A stretch of DNA of 64,000 bases. Origin: a virus (Duplodnaviria > Caudoviricetes). Location: positions 5,472 to 69,471 of the IMG/VR virus record IMGVR_UViG_2974690805_000001, one strand, 5' to 3'. Below the pieces are notes generated by a model. It did no database searches. It saw nothing but the letters and a program-made list of their open reading frames with translations, and was not told the origin of the DNA. Of this stretch, positions 18,801-27,979 are shown piece after piece (position 1 is the stretch's first letter; every line of letters starts with the position of its first letter). The position numbers and the translations under genes were made by a program.

Positions 18801-19173
18801 GATGCTGGCCGCGCTGTTCAACCCGCTCGGCGGGCTGCTCGGTGGTCTGCTCGGCGGGCTGTTCGGCGGCATCAGCGGCCTCGCCGGGTCGCTGCTCGGC
18901 GGTGCCGCACTCGGCCCGCTGACCGGCGGCTCGCTGTTCGACAGCGGCGGCGTGGCGAGCGGTGTCGGTCTGCTGGCGAAGGGCACCGTGCAGCCCGAGC
19001 GCGTGCTGTCGCCGAGCAACACCCGCAGCTTCGATCAGTTGGTCGACGCGATCGCAGGCGGCAATGTGAAGTTCGGCGGCGACCGCACGGTCAACGCGAC
19101 CGTTACAGTTGTGGGCAACGGTCGGGAAACACCAGAGCAGGCCGCGAACCGCCTGATCTCGCTGCTGGACTAG
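12886..19173 (+). CDS. tape measure protein with Rpf-like transglycosylase and peptidase-like domains
   Basis: 2095 aa Ala/Gly-rich; DWDAIAQKESGG..GGLQI..TW..FGG motif near 16620-16850; HPSGRALD..HYDHIH motif near 17020-17260. Confidence 0.95.
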   Translation: MTDVGHIKLGVEIDASDLSAKLGEAVRRSVGQALAGINRDLQQVQREYNATGREAQKSATTQATAQTVVDRALDTVQRNLNEVQREWKATERAADHSARSSEQSAAKTATAAKGAATAVHEVTTEHTKAAAAAQGGATVSTRAINAVTRAIERQTAALAANTAARTANAAAPTGGPPSGGGGGGGGGGSPGGMHAGGFMRGGKGTFGFLTSPVGINLMALGLGSFPAAATVVTELTGSIQALGQAGLALPGIYGGLAASIGTAVVGFKGMGEAVEALNEAAKSGDPKDLEKAKEALKDMAPAAVDTAVAVSKLTQGPLKELQKATAQRMFTGIDRELETFAGRAVPRATEGMGKVADAWNGTLKTLLSSAGSDRNLGLMDRIFGNTAEGQKRMNAAIDPLVHAVGTLVAAGTDVLPRLGDGLAGVARRFDEWITKVDGDGRLNKWINDGLTAVRNLGETFLNIGKIITGLTRAAGSDQGGFLGTLERITGKWSDWVNSAEGQDKLSQFFREGREQLDQWRPILSNLGDILRQVYEASRAWSDILLPFLRVATDLLTAMPGGIEAVVFAFLAWRSISGVQSLAGSLGGIGRTLDDLPNRTGRSVGGINAALSRIVIPAALASLLGMQTQGMMGPDQSAGSNLAGAGINIGGGAIAGGMVAGVPGAIAGAIAGLGWSIYNRVKGDIDKGRAEWEAKWQADHEAGPDRPGSPERQMDAVPAIRGTMLPSQYFPDGTPRPSGQQQIADMIAKGQLKGYTRGPNGEIIGPDGKPLNLPPLPPPTAPKPPPAPPVQGPPLPEPSKDRPLPVTIVNPMPGAAVPPAVPPKPGAPPAPVVAPQDTRGLLVDTAPAEQALDKVAKKVEQLPEGEVKIKDPSPEVMENLNKLDVEIKELPDGEFEVKAKTDLARQQLDKFIRDYQGAQFTVTLNPSGPVPQVPLPGRTPGRAWGGPVIGGIRGKDSVPILAQHGEWVLNPRDVQALGGFAGVSQFVSALRSGVRGYQTGGPVPHLGTGALPGPLNPDDETGSTLIKLLDQIRALLAGQGGAMSPLNVTAQNVQKLADEAIGKMPGMEPGRTGPFGTPIAPRNRGYEMAAAAISALGGDPEKFIGAEPVNYWREQITQALEPLTSQQPGQPGAPGQTMVPVDMAKYTAALTAFARSGNLADVGALGLNANDPIITAITSARNKKTGLDDEAIAKLIEQSLSPGGYTGVLDTQNSSLVKSLQTFREKLAKQTTTVATNAVNGAVTQAGADWDAIAQKESGGRWNLPYGDRDSTGGLQIRQGTWEQFGGTQYAPQPWQATKEQQIAIAEKILAEQGPQAWAGGANFVPAKPGQPVPVNVVQSNAPGTTTGWFPGGTGGRSNAPDKGLVPAAAALNDLIMQNFPQITDIGGYRQDAHPDHPSGRALDIMIPGGDTSGGRNPAGKALGDQIWNWLMSTGIIDPQGSLWQTNTGGNHYDHIHARIAEGMENAAVQAGLIPQAGQYGPGGTMGANGGVVNVFVTNWPGQQQGQLPPGAQQVIDGATQGIGEAANNVIGDVMGAVPGALMTPEGERMPDAELGRLIRERNPMAIAAALGFNVQDFTRQGGQFGEEGPQRREGPAGDASGRIFSDTAGLADRTTTDLTAQLQAMREQLVDVIEQVSQKLNDQALEPVVKAGVQSALESLKDSVSSAIGTALGNAAAPPIADAVRSAVPQQSPGAGVGGQAAAPFQAAAGALFASGGPVFGGTPGKDSVPALLMPGEYVFDRDAVRRMGGVAGVDQFRQALKTGTVRRFATGGGVIGNDVVGAEFFGVSEVPIIGAIVNLLVRVLLKVIGVEIEVRDTLEELSGDFRQFRGDAFKAFDAQGRLLNDTSGLIDRSMSSEQAVADERIRILKIVIEAMVRYIIEKVIVPIAKAVANAAIQAGASAAGAAVNTQAPGAGGIVSALISSAGQAGVEIAAEVGTDFALAVSETLIDMTAEGLQTLVPDLMTQIFGGQMLAALFNPLGGLLGGLLGGLFGGISGLAGSLLGGAALGPLTGGSLFDSGGVASGVGLLAKGTVQPERVLSPSNTRSFDQLVDAIAGGNVKFGGDRTVNATVTVVGNGRETPEQAANRLISLLD

Positions 19174-19183
19174 GGGCTACCGC

Positions 19184-20626
19184 ATGACGTTCCGAGGCTA
19201 CTTCGCACTCGACGGTGTCGAGCTTGCGAACTCGTCTCGCACGGTCGCGCACCTCGGTCGCACCGCGCCGATCAACGATCTGGTACTCGGCGGCGTCGCG
19301 CCGCCCGGCACCGACTGCGCCCCGGTGCCGATCGCCGAGGGGCGGCTGCTGTTTGAGACACCGCCGAGCAGTGTGCCGATCGAGCCGGGTCGGCTGCTGT
19401 TCACACCCGCCGACGGGTCGAAGCTCTACGGCCCGGCGATGCTCATCCGCGACGAGTGCTGGCGGGCGTCGGCGCTCTGCGGCAGTTGTCACTCGGTCAT
19501 CGAGTACGACGACAGTTGGCCCGGCCTGCGCGAGTTCCTCGATGACAGCCTCTACCGGCCCGAGCTTGCGCCGTGGTACTCGACGCGCTCGCCCGAGTCG
19601 GCAGAGTTCGGCGGCGTGTGGGTCATGGACGTTACCGGCCTTGAGGCCGCGCCGGTCGAGCGCCCGATCACCGAGGCCGCGGGTAACGGCGGCGTGGCCG
19701 GGCCGCACCGCGACGGCACGCGCAAAGTCACCTTCGACGCCGTCCTCGTCGCCTGCACAAACGCCGGGCTGACCTACGGGCTGCGGTGGCTGACGTGCCA
19801 GCTTCGGGCCACGAACGGGCGCACCGACGCCGTGCTGCGCTTCCTCGCCGCTCATCCCGGCCATAGCGCCGTCGACCCCGAGGGGCTGCTGCGCGAGGCG
19901 CACGGCGTCGTGCTGACGAAGGCACCCGAGATCGTTGAGGCGCAGGTCGGCCAGCGCAAGCAGCATCAGCAGGCGACGACCTATCGCGTGCAGTGGGAAA
20001 TGACGGTGCTGCACCCGTACAACTACCTGCCCGCCGTCGACATCCCGGTCGTCTGGGACACGATCACCGTCGAGCCGATCTCATGGGTCCACGCGGGCGA
20101 CTGCCGCGAGCCTGCGTCGTGTGACGACATGCCGGTGCTGTTCTCGGAAACGTGCGAGCCTGAGCGCATCGAGATCGTCAACACGCCGCCGCCGACGTGC
20201 GGCGGCTGTATGCCGGTCTGCGCGGTCGAGCAGGCGGTGTTCAACGTGCCGACCCGCGACTACGCGCTGCGATGCAACGAGACGGCGGTGACGACGATCG
20301 TGCGCAACCTCGGGGCGCACCCGCTGACGGCGCAGTTCTTCTGGCGAGGCTGCAACCCTGACCCGTCCTGCGACGACACCCGCTGGCCGTTGCAGGTGAC
20401 CGGCCTGCCCGCCGGGGCCGAGTTGGTTCTCGACGGCATCACCGGGCGCTATTGGGCCAACTACGGCGGTCGCCGACGCCGCCCGGCCAACATCGTCAAC
20501 ACGCCCAACGGCGCACCGTGGCGACCGCCGGTCATCGACCGCGCCGACTGCCTTGAGTTCGTCGCGATCGCGCCGGGCAACGCCGACTTCGACGTCACGC
20601 TGCGGCTCGCCGATCGGGAGGGCTGA
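19184..20626 (+). CDS. minor tail protein (distal-tail-like)
   Basis: First gene after tape measure. Confidence 0.8.
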   Translation: MTFRGYFALDGVELANSSRTVAHLGRTAPINDLVLGGVAPPGTDCAPVPIAEGRLLFETPPSSVPIEPGRLLFTPADGSKLYGPAMLIRDECWRASALCGSCHSVIEYDDSWPGLREFLDDSLYRPELAPWYSTRSPESAEFGGVWVMDVTGLEAAPVERPITEAAGNGGVAGPHRDGTRKVTFDAVLVACTNAGLTYGLRWLTCQLRATNGRTDAVLRFLAAHPGHSAVDPEGLLREAHGVVLTKAPEIVEAQVGQRKQHQQATTYRVQWEMTVLHPYNYLPAVDIPVVWDTITVEPISWVHAGDCREPASCDDMPVLFSETCEPERIEIVNTPPPTCGGCMPVCAVEQAVFNVPTRDYALRCNETAVTTIVRNLGAHPLTAQFFWRGCNPDPSCDDTRWPLQVTGLPAGAELVLDGITGRYWANYGGRRRRPANIVNTPNGAPWRPPVIDRADCLEFVAIAPGNADFDVTLRLADREG

Positions 20627-20628
20627 CA

Positions 20629-21696
20629 ATGCCGGTTGTCACCGACGACCAGATCATCAGCCTGCACAGCGTCAGCGGCTCGACGGTCGCCGAGTACACA
20701 CCCGACAAGCAGGTCACCTCGATGTGGACCCGCGACCTGAGCGAGGTCAGCCGGGCCGAGTTGACGCTGCCGCCGGTCATCGACCTCGACGCGCTGCCCG
20801 AGATCGTGCCGTGGCTGCATTGGGTCAGCGTCTGGGACGGCGAGCGCAACATCAAGCTCTGGTCGGGGCCGGTGCAGCGGCGGGCGATCAACCGCCGCGG
20901 GCTGACCGTCAGCGCCCGCGACGGCGGCGCTCTGCTGCAACGCACCCGCAACCCGATCACGAAGCGGTGGGATGCCGCCGACCCGGCGTGGATCGCGGGC
21001 GAGTTGTGGCGCTCGATGATCGAGCAGAACGGGCTGCGCGAGCCGCCGATCATCCGCGAAGACCCCGACGGCGAACGCTTCGACTACCGCGTCGTCAAAG
21101 ACGACCAGATGCTCGACGCGACGATCAGCGATCTGGTCAACCTCGGGCTTCGCTGGTCGATCGTGTCGGGCGTGCCGATCCTCGGGCCGCTACCGCACGA
21201 TCCGGTCGCGACGCTGACCGAGGCCGACTTCATCGGCGACGGCATCGAGTTGCTGCGCGACGGCTCGACCACCTTCAACGACATTCTGGTGCGCGGCCCC
21301 GACAACCTCGCCCGCTCGCACGTCGACCTTCACGGCTTGCAGCTTGAGGCGATCGTCAACGTCGACAGCATGTTCGGGCTGAGCAACGTCGAGCGTGCCG
21401 CCTACGAGAAGGCGCGGCACAACGCGAGCATCCGCGACGTGATCTCGCTGCCGCAGGGCACGCAGTTGTCGCCTGACGCGCCCGTCTCGATTGACGAACT
21501 GATGCCCTCGGCCCGCTTCGTGATCGAGGCTTACGGGCTGCGGCAGTTGGTCGAACTGATCGGCGTCGAGGTCACCCGCGATCAGACCGGCGGCGTGGCG
21601 ACGGCTGTCAAGATGGAAGCCGTGCCGCCGAAGATCGAACTCGATGACGTCAAGCCCGGCGGGTCGACCTCGCCGCTGACCGGGGCGGCGCTGTGA
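20629..21696 (+). CDS. minor tail protein (hub-like)
   Basis: Position and size in tail module. Confidence 0.75.
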   Translation: MPVVTDDQIISLHSVSGSTVAEYTPDKQVTSMWTRDLSEVSRAELTLPPVIDLDALPEIVPWLHWVSVWDGERNIKLWSGPVQRRAINRRGLTVSARDGGALLQRTRNPITKRWDAADPAWIAGELWRSMIEQNGLREPPIIREDPDGERFDYRVVKDDQMLDATISDLVNLGLRWSIVSGVPILGPLPHDPVATLTEADFIGDGIELLRDGSTTFNDILVRGPDNLARSHVDLHGLQLEAIVNVDSMFGLSNVERAAYEKARHNASIRDVISLPQGTQLSPDAPVSIDELMPSARFVIEAYGLRQLVELIGVEVTRDQTGGVATAVKMEAVPPKIELDDVKPGGSTSPLTGAAL

Positions 21697-24143
21697 CCGC
21701 GCCGACGACCCGTCGGATCGACACCGACGAGGAATGGGTCAGGGACATCAACCGGCGCGTGCGTCGGCTGGAAAATCCCGGCTCGGTGCGCGTCGGGCCG
21801 TGGGTCTTGCAGAACAACCCGCTCACCGGGTCGCTCATCGCGAGCCGCCCCGGCCAGTCGGTCGACCTCGGCACCAGCGAGCCGGTCGAGATCGACATCT
21901 GGGCACTGGCGCAGCGGGCCAAGGGCGCAGCCGACACGCCGCCGGTCCAGGGCGGCGACGGCGGCGGCGAGCTTCCTGATCTGACCGAGATCGCCGAGTC
22001 GATCTTCTCGGCGCTCTACGAGCAACTGACCGGCATCGGCATCGACCCGATCGGGGCGTTGCAGAAGCTCGGCGACTTCCTCAAGATCGAACTCGGCGGG
22101 CCGGTCGACATCACACGGCTGCCGCTGCTGCCGCTGTCGCATATCCGCGACGTCGTGACCGAGTTGCTCGATGACCCGTTCTTCGACAACCCGGCGACGC
22201 TGCTCAACTTCGCCGACTGGCTGTGGGATGACAGCGACGGCGTGCAGACGCCCGGCGTGGCGAAGACGACCGCCGACGGCCTGACGCACACGATCTTCTC
22301 TAACCCGATCCCGGTGCGCCCCGGCGACACGCTCAACCTGATGAGCAAGGTCAAGAGCGAGGGGCTGGTCAGCACCGGCAGCCCGTTGCAGATGCTCGTC
22401 AGCTTCTACACCGCGGCGAACGCGATGATCGGTGCGCCCGTCCTGCTGGCCTCACGCGGCTCGACCGGCGGCGCGTGGGCGACCATGACCGCGACCGATG
22501 TCGACGTGCCCGAGGGCGCGACCTACGCCGTGCAGGAACTGACCGTCACGCCGAGCGCGACCGCGGGCAGCGTCAAGTACGGGCAGGCCAGCGTGAGCAA
22601 GGTTGGCCTGCTGCCGACGAGCTACATCAACGGGCTGGTCGACGCGCTGGAAGGGCTGTGGGCTGGCCTCGCGGCGCGGTTGCAGGACTTCCAAGACCTG
22701 CTCGACGTGTTCTTCGACGCGCCGATCGGCAGCGGCCTCGGCCAACTCACCGACGTCGCGAACCGGATCAAGTTCCTGTCGCCGCTGACGGGATTCTTCG
22801 ACGCATCGAAGCTCGGCAATATGGCGCAGCTTCCCTCGATCCCCGACGGCCTCAACAAGGTCGGCGACCTCGGCGCTCTGGTCGACAAGGCGACCGCGGC
22901 GCTGTCGGGGCTGACGCAGGTCGGGCAGACCGTCGTCGGCGCGGCGCTGGAAGACGCCGAGTCGACCATGACCAACCTGTTCGACATGCTCATCACGAAC
23001 ACCCGCAAGATTCAAGACCTTGAGGCCGAGGCGACCTCGGCGTCGGTCGGCGGGCGGCGGTTTGCCTACAACTTCGCCGACTACCCTGACGGCCCGTTCC
23101 CGCCGGGTCTGTTCAATCTCACCTACTCGGGGCCGGGCACCTCGACGCTGCGCATCAGCGGCGGCTCGGTGCAGTGGCAGATGGTCAATAACGGTTGGCG
23201 ACAGGTCGTCGCGACCTCGCTGACGCCGACGCTGACCGACTTCCAGTCGGTGCGCGGCACGATGTCGTCGCCGCCCGAGCAGGGCGCAAACACCTTCATC
23301 GGCGCTATGGGCCGAGCAAACTCGGCAGGCACCGACTTCGTCTTCGCCCGCGGCTACTGCACCGGCTTCCTGCAATACAAAGGCGACATCGGCTGCGTCA
23401 AGGGCGGCATCGAATACACTTGGGCGACAGGCGTTTCGCTGACTTGGTCGCTCGACATCCGCGTCGTGATGGGCGTCGGCACGAACGCCCGCCGCCACAT
23501 GGTTCTCAGCGGCAGCACGGTCGTATGGGACGGCACCGAGACGCCCGGCAAAGAGTCGAACATCAGCGAGAACCATCGCTATTGGGGCTGCTACGCCCGC
23601 ACGAACGGGTCGAACTCGCCCGGCGGTCTGGCCGGTGCCTCGATCGTGGACAACGCCCCGCCCGCGGTGGTCGGAACGTCCTTCAAGGCGTCGAAGCGAA
23701 CCGGCGGCGATATGACGCTGCCCGCGGGCAATAACCCGGTGCCGAACAACTTCTACGAGACGATCGACCACATCAGCCCCGACCTGATCTACCGGCGGGC
23801 CAACAACTGCGAGGTCGAGGCGACCAAGCAGGGCACCTACATCGTCGCGTGGCGGGCGTTTCACGGCGTCTACGCGACCAATACCGGCGGTCATGGTGTG
23901 CTGTTCAAAAACGGTGTGCCCTATGAGAAATGGGCGTGGGGCGACACACCGTTCGTCGCCGGTTGGGGCATCATGACCTCGCGCATCAACGCGACGACGG
24001 GCTTCGCGATCGTGCCGCTCAACCCCGGTGACAAGATCACCGTCGGCTTCTACATGACGAACAATATGTCGAACACTGGCGACGATGTGCTGCTCGCCGA
24101 CGGTGCCGAGTCGTGGGTGTCGGTGACGAGGGTCGGCATCTGA
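21693..24143 (+). CDS. minor tail protein (large; receptor-binding candidate)
   Basis: 816 aa, beta-rich carbohydrate-binding-like segments; GTGA overlap. Confidence 0.8.
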   Translation: MTAPTTRRIDTDEEWVRDINRRVRRLENPGSVRVGPWVLQNNPLTGSLIASRPGQSVDLGTSEPVEIDIWALAQRAKGAADTPPVQGGDGGGELPDLTEIAESIFSALYEQLTGIGIDPIGALQKLGDFLKIELGGPVDITRLPLLPLSHIRDVVTELLDDPFFDNPATLLNFADWLWDDSDGVQTPGVAKTTADGLTHTIFSNPIPVRPGDTLNLMSKVKSEGLVSTGSPLQMLVSFYTAANAMIGAPVLLASRGSTGGAWATMTATDVDVPEGATYAVQELTVTPSATAGSVKYGQASVSKVGLLPTSYINGLVDALEGLWAGLAARLQDFQDLLDVFFDAPIGSGLGQLTDVANRIKFLSPLTGFFDASKLGNMAQLPSIPDGLNKVGDLGALVDKATAALSGLTQVGQTVVGAALEDAESTMTNLFDMLITNTRKIQDLEAEATSASVGGRRFAYNFADYPDGPFPPGLFNLTYSGPGTSTLRISGGSVQWQMVNNGWRQVVATSLTPTLTDFQSVRGTMSSPPEQGANTFIGAMGRANSAGTDFVFARGYCTGFLQYKGDIGCVKGGIEYTWATGVSLTWSLDIRVVMGVGTNARRHMVLSGSTVVWDGTETPGKESNISENHRYWGCYARTNGSNSPGGLAGASIVDNAPPAVVGTSFKASKRTGGDMTLPAGNNPVPNNFYETIDHISPDLIYRRANNCEVEATKQGTYIVAWRAFHGVYATNTGGHGVLFKNGVPYEKWAWGDTPFVAGWGIMTSRINATTGFAIVPLNPGDKITVGFYMTNNMSNTGDDVLLADGAESWVSVTRVGI

Positions 24144-25300
24144 TGGGTTGGTCGCCTGAGCGGCCAGTTCCGGTCGAGACGATCCTGCCGCCGCCGGGCT
24201 GGTATCCCGGCAGCCCCGAGCCGACCGAGACGATCACCCGCGTCGGCTGGTGGGCCGTGCTCGCGCTCGACACGACCGCGGTCACCGTCCATTGGATCGC
24301 CGAGGTCGAGCTTGAGTTCATCACCGGCCTCGGCCTTGAGATCGTCTCGCTGCATACGACGCGGGCGCTGGCGTTGCAGAAACTCGGCATGGTCGCGATG
24401 CAGCGCAACATCGAGGTGACCTCGCCGCTGGCGTTGCAGGGCATCTACCTGACGTCGCTGTCGCTCAACGCCGAACTCGACCGGGCGTTGCTGCTGGAAC
24501 GCATCGGCATCGCGCACCTCGGGCAGGCACTGACGCTCGACCGCACGCTCGGGCTGGTCAGCGTCAAGCCGATCGACGTGCCCGCGGCGCTGGCGGTGTC
24601 GAGCGCCTTCGCCATGACGCCGGTCAAGCCGATCGACCTCGCGCAGACGATCACCACGACGCGCACGCTCGGCCTCGGCATCACGCTGCCGATCGCCTTC
24701 GACCGCACGATCAACGTCAGCGGTGCGGTCGGCTTCGGCTTCCCGCCGACCGCCGAGGTCACCGACACCTACGGCACCGCGGTCGAGGGCAATAGCTCGA
24801 CGTCAAACGAGGCGTTTACGCACAACATCCGGCGCTGGTGCAACTTCATGGATGAAGTGCTGCTCGGCGGCGGCGGCTCGGGTCAGGCGTCGGCGGCGTT
24901 GTTCAACGTCGGCAAGGGCGGCGGGCCGGGCGAATGGTCGACGCGCACCTTCCAGCGCGGCGTTGACATCAGCTACCAGGAAACGCAGGTGACCGGCACG
25001 ATGGGCGGCGGTGCGCCGTCCTCGCCCGGCCCGTCGATCCTCGGCGGCTCACCGGGCAAAGACACCACGTCGAGCCTCGGGTCGACCGCGGGCGGCGGCT
25101 ACGCCGGGCTGCTGTGGGGCAGCGCGACCGGCATCGGCCCCGGCACGATCAACTACAACGGCAAGCCCTACGTCGGCGGCGCGAACGCGACCGGATCACA
25201 GAACGGCAAGTATCCCGGCGGCGGCGGCACCGGGTCGTCGGGATTCTCATCGAGCCGCCCCGGTGCCCGAGGGCGTGCTTGGTACCGCAGCTATCAGTAG
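24143..25300 (+). CDS. minor tail protein, Gly-rich C-terminus
   Basis: TGATG overlap; LGGGGSG..GGGPG..GGGG motifs. Confidence 0.8.
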   Translation: MGWSPERPVPVETILPPPGWYPGSPEPTETITRVGWWAVLALDTTAVTVHWIAEVELEFITGLGLEIVSLHTTRALALQKLGMVAMQRNIEVTSPLALQGIYLTSLSLNAELDRALLLERIGIAHLGQALTLDRTLGLVSVKPIDVPAALAVSSAFAMTPVKPIDLAQTITTTRTLGLGITLPIAFDRTINVSGAVGFGFPPTAEVTDTYGTAVEGNSSTSNEAFTHNIRRWCNFMDEVLLGGGGSGQASAALFNVGKGGGPGEWSTRTFQRGVDISYQETQVTGTMGGGAPSSPGPSILGGSPGKDTTSSLGSTAGGGYAGLLWGSATGIGPGTINYNGKPYVGGANATGSQNGKYPGGGGTGSSGFSSSRPGARGRAWYRSYQ

Positions 25301-25310
25301 TCTCGGCACC

Positions 25311-25619
25311 ATGACGCAGCCTGACCCGACGATCAACCCCGGCGACTACCAGTGGGCGATCGGTTACGAGTTCACACAAGACCCGCTCGGCCTCGACCCC
25401 GACTGGCAGTTCATCAGCCAAGGGCTGCCGAGCCGCGAGGACGCGATCGAGCAGTATCGAGCGACGATCGACGGACTCGCCGCGAGCGGTCAGACGCTGG
25501 AAGACATGCCCAACATGCGCAACTTCGGCGTCTACTTCACCGAGCCGCAGCAGTGGCAGCGATACGAGGTGCCGCCCGCCGAGCCGCAGCCCGAGAACAC
25601 CGACACGCCGACCGGCTAG
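25311..25619 (+). CDS. small tail-associated protein
   Basis: ATG 25311; resembles 26031-26399. Confidence 0.7.
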   Translation: MTQPDPTINPGDYQWAIGYEFTQDPLGLDPDWQFISQGLPSREDAIEQYRATIDGLAASGQTLEDMPNMRNFGVYFTEPQQWQRYEVPPAEPQPENTDTPTG

Positions 25620-25629
25620 GCTGGTCTTC

Positions 25630-26019
25630 GTGGCAACGGGCATCAGCGCATACCTCGCGAACAAACTGCTCGATGAGGTCTGCCGCAACGTCAACTATGT
25701 GCCGCCCGCCGTCGTCTACTTTCAGGCGCACACCGGCGACCCCGGCGCGGCGATGACGGCCAACGTCGCGGCCAACACGACCCGCGTGGCGGTCACCTTC
25801 GCACAGGCTGCGAGTGGTCAGATCGCGATCAACAATGCGCCCGAGCACGTCCTCGGCGCGGCGCAGAACATCACGCACGGCAGCTTCTGGGATGCGCAGG
25901 CACCCGGCACCGGCAACCCGCTGTGGTCGGCGCAGGCGTCGGTCGCCAAGGGCGGCACCGCGGGCGACATCATCCGCGTGTCGACCGGCTCGCTGGCGCT
26001 CGGCCCGCTGGCCGCGTAG
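25630..26019 (+). CDS. minor tail protein
   Basis: YLANKLLD...YFQAHTGDPG..NVAA motif common in phage tail genes. Confidence 0.75.
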   Translation: MATGISAYLANKLLDEVCRNVNYVPPAVVYFQAHTGDPGAAMTANVAANTTRVAVTFAQAASGQIAINNAPEHVLGAAQNITHGSFWDAQAPGTGNPLWSAQASVAKGGTAGDIIRVSTGSLALGPLAA

Positions 26020-26030
26020 GAAGGGACATT

Positions 26031-26399
26031 ATGCCGACCGAGTCTGATAGCGACTTCGATTGGGGCGTCGGCTTCGACGTCGCCACGATCCCCGCCGACA
26101 TGCTGCCGGTGCGCCCGACCGAGCCGGTGCCGCCGCTGCCCGGTGCGCCGAACAACGAGCAGACCGCCTACGCTGCGCAACTGGCCGAGTATCAGCGCCT
26201 GCTGCGCGAATACGAAGGGCAGGTCGCCGCGCTGCTGAGCGACGACACGCACTGGACTTTCACCGTGCGCCCCTGCGACAGCCGCGAAGACGCCGACCTC
26301 GCCTACGTCGAAATGCTCAGCGCCCACGCGACTAACCCGCTGGTGCGCAACGTCTCGCTCTGCCGCACACCGACGATCGTGTGGGAACGGGTCAGCTAG
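26031..26399 (+). CDS. small tail-associated protein
   Basis: GGAAGGGA RBS before ATG 26031. Confidence 0.7.
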   Translation: MPTESDSDFDWGVGFDVATIPADMLPVRPTEPVPPLPGAPNNEQTAYAAQLAEYQRLLREYEGQVAALLSDDTHWTFTVRPCDSREDADLAYVEMLSAHATNPLVRNVSLCRTPTIVWERVS

Positions 26400-26719
26400 C
26401 GCCCGCCGAAGTTGGGCAGGAAGCCGCCGACGAACTCGTTGAGGTCGCCGATCACCGGCAGGTTGATCCCCGGCGGCAGCAGCTTGTCGATGCCGTCTCG
26501 GGCCGCGTCGACTACCTCACCGATGTCGGGCTTGCCGTCCTGATCGAGGTCGGTCAGCCGGTCGGCGGCGCGGTCGACGGCAGCGCCGACGGCGACCGGG
26601 ATGATCGGCAACACGACCCTCGCCACGATCCCGCGCAGCGCCGTCTCGGTGCGCGGGTCTTCGATGATCGAGATCGCCGTTTCCTTGATGAACGCCTTCG
26701 CCTTCTCGCGCAAGCTCAT
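26396..26719 (-). CDS. hypothetical protein with hydrophobic segment, antisense within tail operon
   Basis: Protein-like composition; fills the gap between plus-strand genes, 4-bp convergent overlap. Confidence 0.65.
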   Translation of the reverse strand: MSLREKAKAFIKETAISIIEDPRTETALRGIVARVVLPIIPVAVGAAVDRAADRLTDLDQDGKPDIGEVVDAARDGIDKLLPPGINLPVIGDLNEFVGGFLPNFGGR

Positions 26720-26750
26720 GGCCGCAGCCTACGCCGCTACGATCGAGGCT

Positions 26751-27377
26751 GTGAGCCGCGATACCCGAGTCTGCCTCGGCGAGAACCTGACCGTCGGCGA
26801 CGACGGCGTGCTACGCCTCGCGCCGTGGTCGGTGCCGCGCAATGTGGTCGACGTCATCGCGAAGTCGGGTGCCGACGGCAAGCTACTCGCGACGACCTCG
26901 CTGCCGGGCAAGCTGCTGATCGACAAGCGCATCGAGTGGCGCAATGACACGCCGGTCGATCACCGCGTCATCATCCGCGTCACGCGGCGGTGGAAGCGGT
27001 GGATCACCAGCAACCCGAACGCCGTGCAGTTCCGCGACCGCTGGTCGAGCGCGATCGACGCCGTGCCCGACGTGCCGGTCGTCAGCGGCATCTTCAACAG
27101 CCAGACCGGCAGCGCGGGCGACATCGGGACGAACTCGGTCGCCGAGCCGCAGCCGGGCCGCTTCTGGCACTGGTGGGGCACGAACACATCCGACGAGTGG
27201 GTCGGGCCGGTCGAGCCGGGCCAGACGCTGCGGGTCCACTACCGCGCCTATGTCTGGACCCCGCCGCCGTGGTCGGACAACGCGAACAAAAACGCCCCGC
27301 TGCACGAAGCCGAGGCAGGCTTCACGCGGCTGCAACTGATCGCACATCCCGAGCAGGGGAAGTTGGTCACCGGATGA
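26751..27377 (+). CDS. minor tail protein
   Basis: GTG start MSRDTRVCLGENL; one of three related genes. Confidence 0.7.
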   Translation: MSRDTRVCLGENLTVGDDGVLRLAPWSVPRNVVDVIAKSGADGKLLATTSLPGKLLIDKRIEWRNDTPVDHRVIIRVTRRWKRWITSNPNAVQFRDRWSSAIDAVPDVPVVSGIFNSQTGSAGDIGTNSVAEPQPGRFWHWWGTNTSDEWVGPVEPGQTLRVHYRAYVWTPPPWSDNANKNAPLHEAEAGFTRLQLIAHPEQGKLVTG

Positions 27378-27979
27378 GCCTCAAGCTCTGCACCAGCGAA
27401 TATCTGATCAGCGACGTCAACGGCCTCGGCGTCGCCCGGTCGTGGCTGCCGCGGCTGGTCGCCGAGGCGTTCCTTGAGTCGACCAAAGACGGCGAGATCA
27501 AGCTCAGCCCCGACCCGGTCACGATGATCGACGGCGACCTGACTTGGTACAACAACACCCGCGACCCGCAGCACGTCAGCGTCTGCGTCAAGCGAGCGCC
27601 GCGCACGATCGTCGCGCAGTCGCCCTCGACCGTGGTCATCCACGACGCGATGAGCTACCGCGTCGGCGAGGCACCGAGCGCCGAGTATCCGAGCGTCATC
27701 GCCGACACCTTCGGCGGTCGGTTGCAGATCGACCGGGCCAGCGTCGCCCGCGATCAGTTGCAGTTCGGGCGGTGGTTCCTCGACGGCGACGACTCGCAGG
27801 TATGGGTCGACCTCGGCGTCGTGCCGCCCCGGCACAGCTTCCACTTCCGCTATCTGGCCGCGGTGCAGACGCCGAACATCTGGACAAACCCGAGCGAGTT
27901 TGAACCGCGGTGGGAAGCGGCGGCGCGGTGGGCGCGGCTGCTGGCCTTCGCCTCGCCGACCGATACGAGGGCAACATGA
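27374..27979 (+). CDS. minor tail protein
   Basis: ATGA overlap; MSLKLCTSEYL; WYNNT motif shared with neighbours. Confidence 0.7.
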   Translation: MSLKLCTSEYLISDVNGLGVARSWLPRLVAEAFLESTKDGEIKLSPDPVTMIDGDLTWYNNTRDPQHVSVCVKRAPRTIVAQSPSTVVIHDAMSYRVGEAPSAEYPSVIADTFGGRLQIDRASVARDQLQFGRWFLDGDDSQVWVDLGVVPPRHSFHFRYLAAVQTPNIWTNPSEFEPRWEAAARWARLLAFASPTDTRAT

